Shown: positions 1 to 12,327 of the stretch, piece by piece | Layout of the letters: the number at the start of each line of letters is the position of its first letter | Position numbering within the stretch: the stretch's first letter is position 1 | DNA from: Carcharhinus longimanus | Taxonomy: Eukaryota | Assembly (NCBI GenBank): GCA_030264375.1 | Contig: JASCQW010000098.1 | Span: 35,711,418-35,775,417, forward strand | Direction: 5' to 3' | Length of the DNA stretch: 64,000 bases | Notes under the pieces: generated by a model | What the model was told of the DNA's origin: nothing | Seen by the model: only the letters and a program-made list of their open reading frames with translations | The model's database searches: none | Made by a program: the position numbers and the translations under genes

Positions 1-84
1 TTCAATGTTTTCCTGTTGAAATAAATAAGCTGAGAATTATTGCAAAGTGCAGAGATACACACAAACACTTGCAGCAATCCCTCC

Positions 85-200
85 CTCCCCGTCTGTCAGC
101 AGCTCGTACGCGCATGGGCACTACGTTCCAATGATGCAAGATGTATCTTTCCTAGGGCCATTCTGCGCCTGCGCACAATCCCATAGTTGGTGAGCCGCAA
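85..200. promoter_or_regulatory. CpG-rich housekeeping-type promoter with NRF1 and ZNF143(Staf)-like motifs
   Basis: TGCGCCTGCGCA at 164-175 (NRF1 palindrome variant); ACTACGTTCCAATGATGCA at 120-138 resembles the ACTAC..TCCCAnnATGC ZNF143 motif; about 8 CpGs in ~110 bp of otherwise CpG-depleted DNA. Confidence 0.6.
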
Positions 201-675
201 GTGAATGGGATGGAAGTTGGTGCTGCTCTGGGTAACTCACAAATTCTGGCATCATCATGTAGGTGTCCCCAGTTAGTTTAAATGTCAGCTAAATGAGCGC
301 TAATGTTAAATTAACCCCTCAAATTCTTTTGAAAGTGAGAGAAAAAAAAATTGCAATCCATCAATTAATGAGATTCACAATTTTGGAATTTACACTTCTC
401 TGCTCCTTTAGGAAGGAAAGAACATTCCAGTTCACTTGTGGCAAAAATTAACTGCTTCATTTCGCAGCTGGTAATGAGTTCAGTATGACTCTGGAATAGT
501 CAAACTGTTAAGAGTCTGCTTGCCAGATAGTTTTTCAAAAAGTGAACAGAAATAGGCATGCCAGGAGGCAGAAATAGAGAGGGAAAAAGCCATGGAGGGA
601 TTTGAAAACAAGGATGAGAATATTAAAATTTAGGAATTGCTCAACCAGGAGCTAATGTAGATTGGGGAGTATAGT

Positions 676-1237
676 AATTTATTGCCAAGGAGGTTGTAGC
701 TGGGTACATAGGAAATCTTAATGCAATTATACAGAGTCAACATGGTTTTGTGAAAGGGAAATCACGTTTGGCTTGTTTTAGTAGAGTTTTTTGAGGAAGT
801 AACATGAATAAAGAGGAACATGGATGTGGTGTAAACTTGAATTTCCAAAAGGCATTTGATAAGATATATCAAAGATTACTACACAAAATGAAAGCTCATA
901 ATGTATTGGGTAATATATTATGGAGACAGAGCTGGTTCCTACAAGAAGCAGAGAATGAGGACAAATGGATCATTTTTGACTTAGCAAGATGTTACTAGTG
1001 GAGTGCCACAGCGATCGAGTTAAGACCTCAGTTGTGTACAATCTGTATAAATTACTTGGACAAAGGGACAATGTATGGTTGCTAATTTTGATGATGCCAC
1101 AAAGATAGGTAAGAAAGTAAATTGTGAGAACATAAAAAGTCTACAAGTGGATTTAGATAGGTTAAGTGAATGGGCAGAATATTGCAGATGAAGTATAATG
1201 TAGAAAAATCAGAACATACCCCTTTTGGCAGGAAGAA
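676..1237 (+). mobile_element. CR1 LINE reverse-transcriptase fragment (degenerate)
   Basis: Translates to SQHGFVKGKS, NFQKAFDK, SGVPQ and a decayed FADD motif, with frameshifts. Confidence 0.85.
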
Positions 1238-1480
1238 TGTGTTATGACATGGCCAGTAGGAAGTGTCAGGCTGCTAAAATCCCAAAGAGAAACTTAGAAC
1301 AAGAGGCCAGAATGGTTTGCAATTTGTATATAATGAGGAGTTATCGGAAGTCAAGATAAGTAAATCCCAGATCACCCATGGTGATTTAAAACATTTATTT
1401 TAAGAAAGAAAATAACATTTAAAGACACAAGAACACCTTCTTCACAAACAAGGCATATATAGACATAAACTCAACTTATA
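1238..1480. mobile_element. LTR-like fragment interrupting the CR1
   Basis: Begins TGTGTTATGAC at the CR1 breakpoint; layout resembles the other LTR-like segments at 31100 and 33751. Confidence 0.4.
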
Positions 1481-1712
1481 AGATAATGGCTGGAATATGA
1501 GTCTTTACAGGTAATCAAGTCTTAAAGGTACAGACAATGTGAGTGAAGAGAGGGTTAAGCACAGGTTAAAGAGGTGTGTATTATCTCCAGCCAGGACTAT
1601 TAGTGAGATTTTGCAAGCCCAGGTAAGTTGTGGGGGGTTACAGATAGTGTGACATGAATTCAAGATCCCAGTTGAGGCCGTCCTCATATGTGCAGAACTT
1701 GGCTATCAGTTT
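1480..1712 (-). mobile_element. Penelope-like element 3' end (GIY-YIG endonuclease C-terminus plus UTR)
   Basis: 1712-1638 on minus reads KLIAKFCTYEDGLNWDLEFMSHYL*, the GLNxD motif that ends Penelope GIY-YIG domains. Confidence 0.8.
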
Positions 1713-2300
1713 GTACCCAGGGCCATGTTTTACCAGTGGTAACCACTTCTGCCATCCAATTATATTCCCAAGGCCAGCCCCAAGAATTACTGGTCCAATC
1801 AGAGAGCCAGCAGCTCAGCATTGCCAGTGTTGTATCTGGAGGAAAGGGACAAGCAGAGGATTGTCACTGAAGGCACGTGGTGCCAGTACAATGGACAGGT
1901 GGAGAGGGCTGTCATTGCCACAGGGAGGCCTTTCTTGGGCAAAGAGTGTCAAAAAAGAATGCTCCCCTCTGCTAGCGGGAGACTACTGGGGTTCACCTGG
2001 TGATCTTCTTACAGTCAGCACTGTCTCACCGCACTATGCAACACCCCCCTCCCTCCCCTCACTGGTTAAAAAGCTGAATGAGGCAGGGTGAGGCCATTAT
2101 TTAGCCACTTAAGTGACTCAACAGAGCTCCAGGCAGATGGGCCATCAGCCACCCAACACCTTCCCATGCCATTGTGGCAACCATTCCTGCCTCCAAGACC
2201 TTCCCCAAAGACTCCACAAAATCTTAATTAGGAAGTCCAAAAGGGCACAGTTAAAAAGGACACGGCTAGAGGATATTGGTACGCTTGACACCATATGTTA
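1713..2300 (+). mobile_element. Degenerate Gypsy protease/RT-start fragment
   Basis: Peptides QYNGQVERAVIATG, SPLLAGDYW (cf. PSLLGRDW) and PQRLHKILIRKSKRAQLKR..EDIGTL resemble the Gypsy pro-RT junction. Confidence 0.4.
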
Positions 2301-2743
2301 ATCTCGGCTGATCTAGTTTCTGGCATGAGCTCGAGATCCCCAGAATCATTAGATTTGCACTATAACTTGATTGAATGTATTTACAGCTAAATAAACTTTA
2401 ACATATATGCTAAACATTTGGAATTCATTTGAGTACTGGAATGTCATTATATGCACATTGACTTGTGTGGACTTTGTGCATGCGTACATTCACTGTACTA
2501 TTCCATGTTCTAAATGAAACTGGAGCATTAGATTAAGCTTATCATGGAAACATATTTGGTGCCAGTAATTTAACATTGTTGCAAGAACAGTTCAAAGATA
2601 ATGAAAATACATCCATGTCTGTACTTTGGCTGCATTTTTTGTGAATGTGCGGATAATAAGACAAGGCCGAGTAGGTAAACTGATGAATTAGTTGCTTTGG
2701 CCTGATTTTGCAGGTAACCTTTGACTCTTTGCTTCAGTATGAT

Positions 2744-3095
2744 ATGGGGAGATGGTGATATCATGGTAATCCAGGCTAATGTTCTGGGTACATGGGTTCA
2801 AATCTCACCATGATGGATGGTAGTATTTAAGTTCAATTAAAATCTGGAATTGCAAGCTAGTCTCAATAATAGTGACCATGAAGCTATCATTAACTGTCAT
2901 AAAAATCCATCTGTTTCATGAAGGAAATCTACTGCTCTTACCTGGTCTGCCAACATGTGGCTCCAGACCCACAATAATTCAATTGACTCTTAAATGTCCT
3001 TGGAAATGGTCCAGCAAGCCATTCAGCTCAGGGGCAGCTCGAGATGGGCATCAAACTTGTCAGTGACAGCCATCTCTCAGAAGTAAGTTAAAAAT
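2744..3095 (+). mobile_element. tRNA-headed SINE with LINE-derived 3' tail
   Basis: B-box GGGTTCAAATCTC; same body at 56690-56928 and 63805-64000; tail GGGGCAGCTCGAGATGGGCA resembles the 3' end of the LINE at 27905. Confidence 0.75.
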
Positions 3096-4007
3096 TAGAT
3101 TCCAACTGAGGTGGACCTTCAAGAGATTTACGCCAGCATGGCACAAATACTTGATGCAATTTTTTCCAAAAATTTCAGCAATTAGCACATGTTGTGTTTT
3201 ACCATTTTGCCACACTTGGACTCAAGGCCATTCTTGGTATTTAACCTTGTGAGAGTGCTTGTTTCCTCTGACTTTGCCTAAATGCAATCTCAAGGTGATC
3301 AAAACTATGAATAGAATGCCAGTGAGGTAGTTTTTTAAGGGGAAAGGGTTTCTGGTGGACATATTCTTTGATCCTTTGAAGGGGAGAAAAGAAAGAAGAA
3401 ATCCATTGACAATTTTGATAGTTCCCAATCAGTTACAGGGTCCAACATTTATTTGAGCTGTTCTGTTCCACTGTAATGGATGATTTAACTTTTCAGAGAA
3501 AGGAGGGATTGCAATGAGCTAGATAATAGTTGCTTCACCTCAGAAACTTTTCTTCAAGTCTGATGCAAATTGATAAAGAATTGCCTTTCTAAATGAATTC
3601 ATTCCTACCTTTCTCTCTCACTTTCAGGTCCAAGTGAAATTAATTTTGACAGGTTTGATTCATGCCTTATTTATACTGTGATCTAATGAGTCTGGTCTCA
3701 GTATGCAAATCAACAGTTTGGGGATTGAATGAAGCATACTTGCTGTCAAAGAATTCAAATAGTAATTATTTTCTGTATGCACATATGCTGCAAAATATAC
3801 ACAATGCTAAAGAGATAACACTGAGGGGTGAATTCTCCCTGAACTTGATCAGATTCAAAACTCCACCATCAGTATTCTAACTCACCTGAAGTTCCAAGTA
3901 TCAATTATCCATATGCTTGCTGACCTACATTTGTTCCTGGTTTGGCAAATGCCTTGGTTTTAAACTTTACATCCTTGTGTTCAAATCCCTCCATGGTCTC
4001 ACCCATT

Positions 4008-4295
4008 CCAACATGGTTGTACAATGGTTAGCACTGCTGCCTCACAGCGCAAGTGACCTGGGTTCAATTCCCAGCTTAGGTCTGTATTTTCTCCCAGTGT
4101 CTGCGTAGGTTTCCTCCAGATGCTCCGATTTCATTCCACAGTCTGAAAGATGAGCTGCTTAGGTGCATTAGCCATACTAAATTCTCCCTCAGTGTACCCA
4201 AACAGGTGGTGGTGGAGTGTGGTGACTAAGGGGTTTTCACAGTAATTTCATTGCAGTGTTAATGTAGGCCAATTTGTGAAATTAATAAATAAACT
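4008..4295 (+). mobile_element. V-domain (HE1-related) SINE with alternative tail
   Basis: TGGTTAGCACTGCTGCCTCACAGC head, GGGTTCAATTCCC B-box, V-domain GTCTGCGTAGGTTTCCTCC, tail ending AATAAATAAAC. Confidence 0.85.
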
Positions 4296-6502
4296 CTGTA
4301 ACCTCCTCCAGCTCTATGACACATCACAATCTGTGTATCTTCAATTATGCTCAATTTAGCGAGCTTGGGGATTTAAATGCCACGACAGCTTGACAGTTCA
4401 AATGAGTTTGTCCACATATTATGTATATTCATGTTTACTTTTACCAATCACAAAAAAGACACTTGACCTCTCCCAAGCACACCCTACCTCTCCCAAAGGA
4501 TTCCTTGGATCTGTTCAAAAAGGTTCCTTACTGCTCCAAATGGATACCCTATCTCTCCAAGTGACTCTGGCAATTTTTACTCAAATATCTAAAGCTCATA
4601 AGTCATGTTTTGTACACACCAATAATGAAAATTGGATCTGTTTGAAGGAGTCTGCACTCTTACTTGTGCAGCTGCCTCTGTAAACCAAGGATGTGCAAAC
4701 AAGAGTGGGCTCTGACATCATTTTTGACTAAGTCGGAGACCTCTTCCGTCCCTACAAAATTTCAGACCTGTGTTATTGAAGATGTGCAAATGGATTTGAA
4801 TGGGAACTCAAGAGAAAAACCCTACTCGAAATGATACAGTTTGCACTGGAATCACTGATTGCATTCAAAGTGGAAACTCTGACCTGAGGGGTCAGGCTTG
4901 GAACTGTAACATAAACTGTTTGAATATATGACAGTACTGTTCAAAATTCCATCAGAAATGTTCACAGCTGCGGTGGGTTGGGTTGAAGAATGATGTTTAC
5001 TGAGCACAGAAATGTACAAAGTGTTCCTAAAATTTAAACAATCAAAATTCAGAACATTGAGAATTAAATGACAACCAATAAAAACAACTTCTCAAAATGC
5101 AATTTTGAAATCAAAATACATTAAAGATCTTGTTGTTAATGTAATGGGGGCTATTTAGTCATGGAATAGCTCAGAATAAACTGTGACAGCATGAATTTCT
5201 GTTTGCCATCTTAATATTAAGTATTACAATTGCCAATGCAATGATCTTACTATTTTGCTGCTTGTGTTATTGTTGGTGCGATTCCCAGCTGCACCCTGCA
5301 CCACCCCACCCTGCCACCCAAGACTGGAAATTCCTGCTCGAGCTCAATGAACACTTGAGTGCTTTGCCAAACTTTCTGTCTTACTTAATATGATTCCATG
5401 TTTCACCTATTCCTCATCATCGTAAAGGTCCTTTCAAAATACTTTATCATGTCAACAGTGGCCCATATACACATTAAGCCTTTAGATTTGGAAACTTGAA
5501 GATTAAAACAGAAAAAGAAATATCTTCACCCTGGGATGTAACATTCAGATTTTCTGATATTGGGAATATAACCAGTTTGAATTTTTTATTTGATAGTTTA
5601 CAATGAAAATACTTAATGACCAAGCCTTCAATACATTGAATATGTCTAGTAAGCAGACAGACTTCTGTTAGTTATGAGGTTCTCTGTCACCTGTTATAGG
5701 TCCATTATCAGAAATCCTTGGAGCCAGTTGCATTGCGGATTACAGGCAATTTCAGTTTTTGGATACAGCATACAAATTTACGTTACCATAGCCTATGCCA
5801 AGGCTTGCTACAGACTGAAGCAAATAAAATGTTTTGAAGATAAGTTGTATCACTCAATAATAAATACAGGAGACCTGTAATAAGTTTCTCTTTGAGACGT
5901 TCATCCTCAAAAACCACAAGGTAAACAATATAGACTAACACCCAGACATCCCATGCTAAAGGTAAATGAGATTCAGAAAAAGTGCAGTTTTTGGATGTGT
6001 TTGGTTTTGCAGATTTATGGATAAAAGAAACTCGACCTGTAGTACGGTAGTTGAATCAAAAGTATTTGCCACCTGTGGACTACATAAAAGTAGGATTATT
6101 TTAATTCTCTTTCCCTACAAGCTGCTTCCCCTCTTGTAGCATGTGCCTCAGTGACAAATATTATTTCTCTCCTCTTCACTCCACGACCTGTTCCTTCTTA
6201 TCCATCTATCTTCTTCACTTCACACAACTTTTACCTCTTCCCTTCCAAATTACATTTCGTCCTCCTTTTTCCTCTCTTCACCTGAAAGTGAAAATGCCTC
6301 CCACATTAGAATATGAGTTAAATGCATTATTAATTCAATAATCCTCATTCTTCAGATGTGAGCAGTTATATTTCTGAGTAATGGATTGAATGGCATGCTT
6401 GTACTTTTAGTTTTTTTTGTCTTTAGGATTTTTGGGTTTGGATTCAGCCAAGAATGAAGGGGTGAAAGTTTCTTAATTCTGTTGGTTAAATAAGCTTGGG
6501 GT

Positions 6503-6640
6503 GATTATCAATCTTCCAGTCCTGCCTGACGCAGGAACTGTCCCAGACAGGACAGTGGATTCGATGGACAAGGAAAAGGTCGGTTGACCTTTGGTGGGAA
6601 TTCCCAATCCTGGGTTGGGTGTGGCTGGAAAATTCTGTCG
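6503..6640 (-). mobile_element. Harbinger-type MITE (~135 bp family), old copy
   Basis: Degenerate TIRs ATCTTCCAG / CTGGAAAATT; internal GTTGACCT..GTGGGAATT is the reverse complement of the family core at 35192 and 46662. Confidence 0.6.
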
Positions 6641-6689
6641 CAAGTTTTCACTGACCCACGCCAGATCTGCCTTAAATGAAACCAATGGC

Positions 6690-7110
6690 ACTGAAATGGC
6701 AATTCCACTAAAACTGTACAAATTGACAAATTTATTAGAGACTTTTGGGAATGTGACTTGGAGGGTAAATAAAGAGGAGCCATTAGATGTAGGGCACTTG
6801 AAATTCGAAAAGACATTCAGTAAGGTGCTGTGCAAAAGGCTAAAACACAACATAAGAGTTACAGCTAATATATTAGCATAGATTGAGAATTCGCAACAGA
6901 CAGGAAACAAAGAGCAGAGGTAGAGGGGACATTTTCAAGAATGTGATGAAGTGAATGAGGCCTCGGCCTCAACTATTTATATCTACATTAATGATTTAAA
7001 CAAAGAGACCAAAAGTTTAAAAGAGATACACAGCTAGGTAGGAATGTAGGTTGAGAAGAGGGCACAAAGAGACTGCAAAAATATAAAGAAAGCCATTTGG
7101 CAGTGCAGAA
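6690..7110 (+). mobile_element. CR1 RT fragment
   Basis: LTNLLETF..VT..V..EEPLDV..LKFEKTFSKV..KRL..NIRV (ORF 6591-6881). Confidence 0.8.
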
Positions 7111-7900
7111 CTTGAGTATTGATGAAATAAGAAGGGACATGGCGAAGCATTTTGTATTGCAGTCATCAGGATACCTCACAAGAATATCAATATAAAGGGA
7201 AATCAATTTACACTGTCTGAGAAGAAATTGTTGGCAAACATACCCCATTCCTACATTCCGTATCCACAGTGCAGACTGAGCTGCTGCTGTAGCCATCTTT
7301 AACCAACTCTCCACCTGACTGAAGGCCCCAACTATCAGTGATATCATTAATATGCTATGGCATTGACTAATTTTTCAGAGTACACGCGAGTGTTCCCAAT
7401 TGGGCACTCTCTCTGAGAAGTTCCAGTCCCTGAGTGATGAGTGGGTGACTATGTACCTGCATCTTCTGAATTTCCATCTATTGAAATGATAAAACAGAGA
7501 ATCAGAGGCCATAAGAGGCAGGGAAACACAATACCAAAAAAACCCCTCAAACTTTCAGCCTCTGTGCCAGAACTGCAAAGGAAGGCAACAAATAATCTTC
7601 CACTGTTAATGAAAAATAAAACAAACCTACTTTGTAAAAAGATACACAGCTTAGCACACGTAGTACAAATAAATACCAGATGCATTCATGTAAATTGAAG
7701 GCAGCTATCCAGTTAAGAAGCTCAAATAACACTCAAGCTCTTGTGGTTTATGATGTCATCTAACCTCAGCAGTTTGGACTACTGTTTTGTAATTTGCTGA
7801 CAGGCATTCAATCCCATTTGCAGCCAAATGAAACAAAACTGCTGCACTTTGTACTTGTACGTTTAATGCACTGAATTACATGTTTGCCAAAGTAAAGGAA

Positions 7901-8082
7901 GTAAGAAGTCTCACAACACCAGCTTGAAGTCCAACAGGTTTATTTGGTAGCAAATGCCACGAGCTTTCAGAGCGCTGCTCCTTCTTCAGATCTCCCACTC
8001 ATCTGACGAAGGAGGAGTGCTCCAAAAGCTAGTGGCGTTTGCTACCAAATAAACCTGTTGGACTTTAACCTGGTGTTGTGAG
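7901..8082. mobile_element. Palindromic Penelope-like terminus with minimal hammerhead cores
   Basis: Arms 7910-7991 and 8001-8082 are near-perfect inverted repeats; each has CTGANGA-stem-(G/A)AAA; runs into an N gap. Confidence 0.8.
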
Positions 8083-8370
8083 NNNNNNNNNNNNNNNNNN
8101 NNNNNNNNNNNNNNNNNNNNNNNNNNNNNNNNNNNNNNNNNNNNNNNNNNNNNNNNNNNNNNNNNNNNNNNNNNNNNNNNNNNNNNNNNNNNNNNNNNNN
8201 NNNNNNNNNNNNNNNNNNNNNNNNNNNNNNNNNNNNNNNNNNNNNNNNNNNNNNNNNNNNNNNNNNNNNNNNNNNNNNNNNTTGCTCTAGTACAGAGACT
8301 ACCGAAATCTCAATTGATATATTAGATAATATATAAGAACAGCTTGATGAGGAATTTAAGCTAACACACT

Positions 8371-8595
8371 GGGCCCGATTTTATCATTGCGTCGCGCCCC
8401 TTTTTGGGTGCGAAAACATGTTAAAGTCAGATGAGAGGCCATTAACGCGATCCACACCCACGTCTGCACAAATTGCCACTTTATCGAAACCTGGGAATGG
8501 CGGTGATTCGATTCGCACCCAAAACGGGCGCAACGCTGATTTAAATGTATTTGCATGCATTTAAATTGAGTTAATGAACTGCCCGCCCAACTTCT
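8371..8595 (+). mobile_element. Harbinger element left end (TIR plus CpG-rich subterminal region)
   Basis: GGGCCCGATTTTA TIR preceded by ACT; ATTTAAATGTATTTGCATGCATTTAAAT palindrome. Confidence 0.65.
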
Positions 8596-9510
8596 GACCT
8601 TCTTTTCTACCCACAGTACTTACATAACTAGTCCAGCCTAATTTCTGGTCAATGATAACTCCCAGGATGTTGATAGTGGGAGATTCAGTGATGGTAAGCC
8701 TTTGAATGTCAAGGGGCGATGTTGAATTCTCTCTTGGTCATTGTCTGACACTTGTGTGGAATGAATGCTACTTGCAATGTAATTAAGACTGAATGTTGTC
8801 CCGGTCTTGTTGCATACTGGCACGGAGTGTTTCAGTATCTGAAAGATGCTTCAGCAGCTAAGGATGTAAATCCATTGGAAACAATTCAGAGAAGCTTTAT
8901 TAGATGAATTCCTGAATGGGTGAGTTGTCTTATGAAGGAAGGTTATATGGGCTAGGCTTGTACCCACTGAAGTTTAGAAGAGTAAGAGGCGCATGATTGA
9001 AATATTTCAGAGCCTGAGGGGTGTTGGCAGGTTGGACATGGAGAGAATGTTTCCACTTACCAAAGAATCTAAAACTAACAAGAAGAGGTTTCCCATTTTA
9101 GACAGAGATGAGAACAATGTTTCTTCTCTCCCCAAGGCAACTCTCTTCCTTAAAAGGTAGTGAAAGCAGAATCCTGAAATATTTTTAAGGCAGGGGTAGA
9201 TGCATTTTTGATTAACAAGGGAATCAAAGATTATTGGGGGAATGTGGGAACGTGGAGTTGAGGTTGCAAACAGATTAGCCATGATCTTATGGAATGGATA
9301 AGCGAGCTGAAAGAGCCAAGTAGTCTATTCCTCTTAATGCATATTTTCATATGCATGCACAAGTTACAATGGGTCCTGAACGTTGTGTAATCATCAGTGA
9401 AATTTTGAACTTCTGACCTTATAATAGGGGAATGTCATTGGTAAGACAGCTGAAGATAGTTGGACCTTTAACACTACCCTGAGGAACACCAACAGTGATG
9501 TCCTGGGACT
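8596..9510 (-). mobile_element. L2/CR1-group LINE fragment interrupted by a CR1 3' end
   Basis: 8596-8850 and 9360-9510 resemble the LINE copies at 27905 and 39520. Confidence 0.6.
8870..9352 (+). mobile_element. CR1 LINE 3' end
   Basis: LSYE..L..LGLYPLKFRRVRG motif plus GATTAGCCATGATCTTA 3' UTR. Confidence 0.8.
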
Positions 9511-9639
9511 GGGTACTGAGAGATAATTTCTGAAAATCTCTGACTTCATCTGTGGCATTCTCCGCTGTCGCTGGCAGCCATAAACAAGATCAGAGAATCC
9601 CGTCCAATATCACAGAGGAATACCAATATGCATGGAATA

Positions 9640-10625
9640 CTGGGAAAGATAGTGCTAGAGTAAAGAATACTATGTTAATGGGTGGGATCAGAGTAAGGGG
9701 GAACATAATAAAACTTAATTCAACATTAATATGCACATATCTGAATGCACAGTGTGTGGTAAATAAGATTGGTGAATTACAGGTATAAATTGACATGTGG
9801 AAATGCCACATAATATAAAGGCAAAATACTGCAGATGCTGGAGCCTGAAACACAAACCAAAAGTGCTGGGAAATCTCAGCAGGTCTGACAGCATCTGCAG
9901 TGAGAGAATAGTGTCAATGTTTTGAGTCTGAATGACCCTTCATCAGAGCTGTGAAAAGACTACATTGTGGCTCAAAGAAGGGCAGGACTAGATGTTAAAT
10001 ATTCCAGGATACAAACAGTTCAGGGAAGATAAGAAAGGAAGAAATAGGGATGGTGATGTTATTGGTTAAGGAGAGTATTTCAGTGCTGGAAAAAGAGGAT
10101 TAGCCTTGATAGGAAGGGTCAAGGACGTAGAGTTGTATACTTCCAATCCAACAAGAAAGGAAGCACTGCTGGACTTGGTTCCTGGAAATGAGGTGAGCCA
10201 AGTGAATCGTATCAGTAGGAGAAAAGGTAGTTGACAGTAATCATTGTATCATAAGGTTGAGGCTGATTATGGAAAGAGCAATCCAGAGTAAAAATAATTA
10301 ACTGAGATAAAGCTAACTTAAACAAGGTACAAACAGATTTGGGTTGAATAAATTGGGTCAAAGATTGGCAGAAAAAAACGATAGCTGAACAATGGGCTAC
10401 CTTCAAAGAAAAGGTAATTTGGATACAGTTGAGGATCTGTTCCTTTGAAAGGAAAGTGTTGGCCAAACAGATCCAGAGCTTGCTAGATAACAAAATAAAT
10501 AGAAGTTGAGATGAGGAGGAAAGTTATGCTTATCGCAGATATCTTACAGAAAATTCGGCTGAATATGGAAAGATCAGTGTGCAAGTGAAAAAACAAATAA
10601 GAGAAACAAAAGTTTGAAAAGAGAC
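9640..10625 (+). mobile_element. CR1 ORF2 endonuclease region, degenerate, with Penelope-type insertion at ~9815-9951
   Basis: CTYLNAQCVVNKIGELQ, LNIPGY, PTRKEALLDLV motifs; insertion starts AAAATACTGCAGATGCTGG and ends GACCCTTCATCAGAG. Confidence 0.75.
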
Positions 10626-10729
10626 AGGGCTCCTTAATAATCATTCATTCTCTTTCTTCCCTTTCAGTAATTGCAGATACACACATGGAGTCATTAGAGT
10701 TTTTTGTTATCCTTCTGGCTGTGAGGCAA

Positions 10730-11830
10730 GAGAGATGATACCAATGTCAACATATGGCAGCACGGAGGCAGGAGGAGATGCCTGAGGAGGAAAGGGTGGC
10801 AGAGTTTGTTCAGCTGCCAGAGAGTGGCTACGAGAGGAGACAATATCAGGCCAGAGTTTATACATGATAGTTGATGTTCTTGGTTCTAGTGCAGAAGGAG
10901 ACTCTGGATGTCCAGGGATGTTGTCAGTCACTTCCTCCAGGTTCTCCAAGAGTTGACACCACATGGACTCAGAGGTCATCCACTACCTGTTGCCCCGAAG
11001 ATCACAACCGCACTAAATTTCAATGCCTGTGGCTCCTTTCAGGACTCCACTGGTGACCTTTGTGGCATCTTCCAGGCCTCCATGCAGAAGTACATTAGAG
11101 AGATCATGGAGATTGCGAGGACGCATCACTACATTAATTTTGACTGGGACCAGGCTAGCCTGGACACCAGAGCTATGGGATTCACACAGATAACTGGCTT
11201 CCCACAAGTTAAGATGGCCATTGATTAAATGTATGTGACTCCCTTTTCCCCATGGCATCAGAGTGTCCCTTTCATAAGCTGCAAAGGCTTCCACTCCCTG
11301 AATGTCCAAATCATCCATGGTAAAAAGTCTGACAACACCTGTGTTTACTGTGTTTACTGTGTTTACGCCAGTCCAACGCCGGCATACCCACATCAAATCA
11401 TCCATACCAGAGGTGTTTAAGGAATCCCAGCATCTGCAGAATTGCCTCCTCAGGGACAAGGATTATCTCCTCAGGTGACTGATGATACTTGTGTGAAGAG
11501 TACGGCAGAGACCCGTTATAATGGGATTCGTGCTGCTACTCACACATTAGTAGAGCAGACAAGCAGCAACATGAAGACATGGTTCAGCAGCTTGGACCGG
11601 TCAGGTACAACCCTCAATTACAGCCTTCAGGAGATTTGTGCATCATTGTGGTGTGTTGCATCCTCCACAATCTTATGCTGAAATGGGGCAAGAAGCTGGC
11701 AATGAAGCAATGGAGGAGATAAATGAGTGACATATCTCTACTGATGAGGAGAATGTCAAAAAGGGCACTGAAGGGAACCCTGGTGGAGGTAAAGGAAGGC
11801 TGTTGGTTGATAGCTTCTAGCTTCACTGAT
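10730..11830 (+). pseudogene. PIF/Harbinger DDE transposase, disrupted (HARBI1-like family)
   Basis: ORF 10908-11228 ...ALNFNACGSFQDSTGDLCGIFQ...GFPQVKMAID; then KGFHSLNVQ; AETRYN..AATHTLVEQT..MKTWFSSLDRSG; several stops and frameshifts. Confidence 0.9.
11319..11393. mobile_element. 75-bp Penelope-derived mini-insertion with 12-bp TSD
   Basis: CAAATCATCCAT duplicated at 11307-11318 and 11394-11405; insert = GTAAAAAGTCTGACAACACC + (TGTGTTTAC)3 + CCAGTCCAACGCCGGCAT tail. Confidence 0.75.
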
Positions 11831-12327
11831 GACCAGGACCAGTGTGGGCATCAAGGTGCCATCGTGGGAGGTGGTCCATCCTCACTGTGTGGTGGTAATA
11901 CAACTACAGGCCTGGTATTGTTTCCTACATGGATTGCCCATCGTCCCTACATTGCAGGATGATGAGCATTTGTCCTCAAAGAGTGACTGCCAATGTTTGA
12001 CTCCTGCTGAAGGCAGTTTGTGAACTCTCAGGGACCAGGGTAATCTCAGAGGGATGATACATCGACTGAACAATCTTTCCTGATGCAGGTTCTTCCTTAG
12101 GTCAAGGTGCCAATGTGGATCTGTGTCAGTGGTCCCACAATAATGGTTCTCACAATGGTCTAGCTGTAAGATTACTTGTGCTGAAATCAGAATTCCCTGA
12201 AGTCTAGGGGAGGTGAGGGTCTCCTCATTACAATATATTGCCACTGAGCTAAGCTGACATTAGTTTGTGGTAGACAATTATTTGGCTTGTCACCTTCCAA
12301 TTTCTAATGGACAGGGAACAGCACCAA

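Noticed and set aside
10908-11228. Domesticated HARBI1 gene
   Set aside because: Stops, frameshifts, a Penelope insertion and multiple related decayed copies indicate a dead transposon.
11340-11366. CRISPR-like or functional tandem array (TGTGTTTAC)x3
   Set aside because: No spacers; it is part of a Penelope tail in a vertebrate genome.
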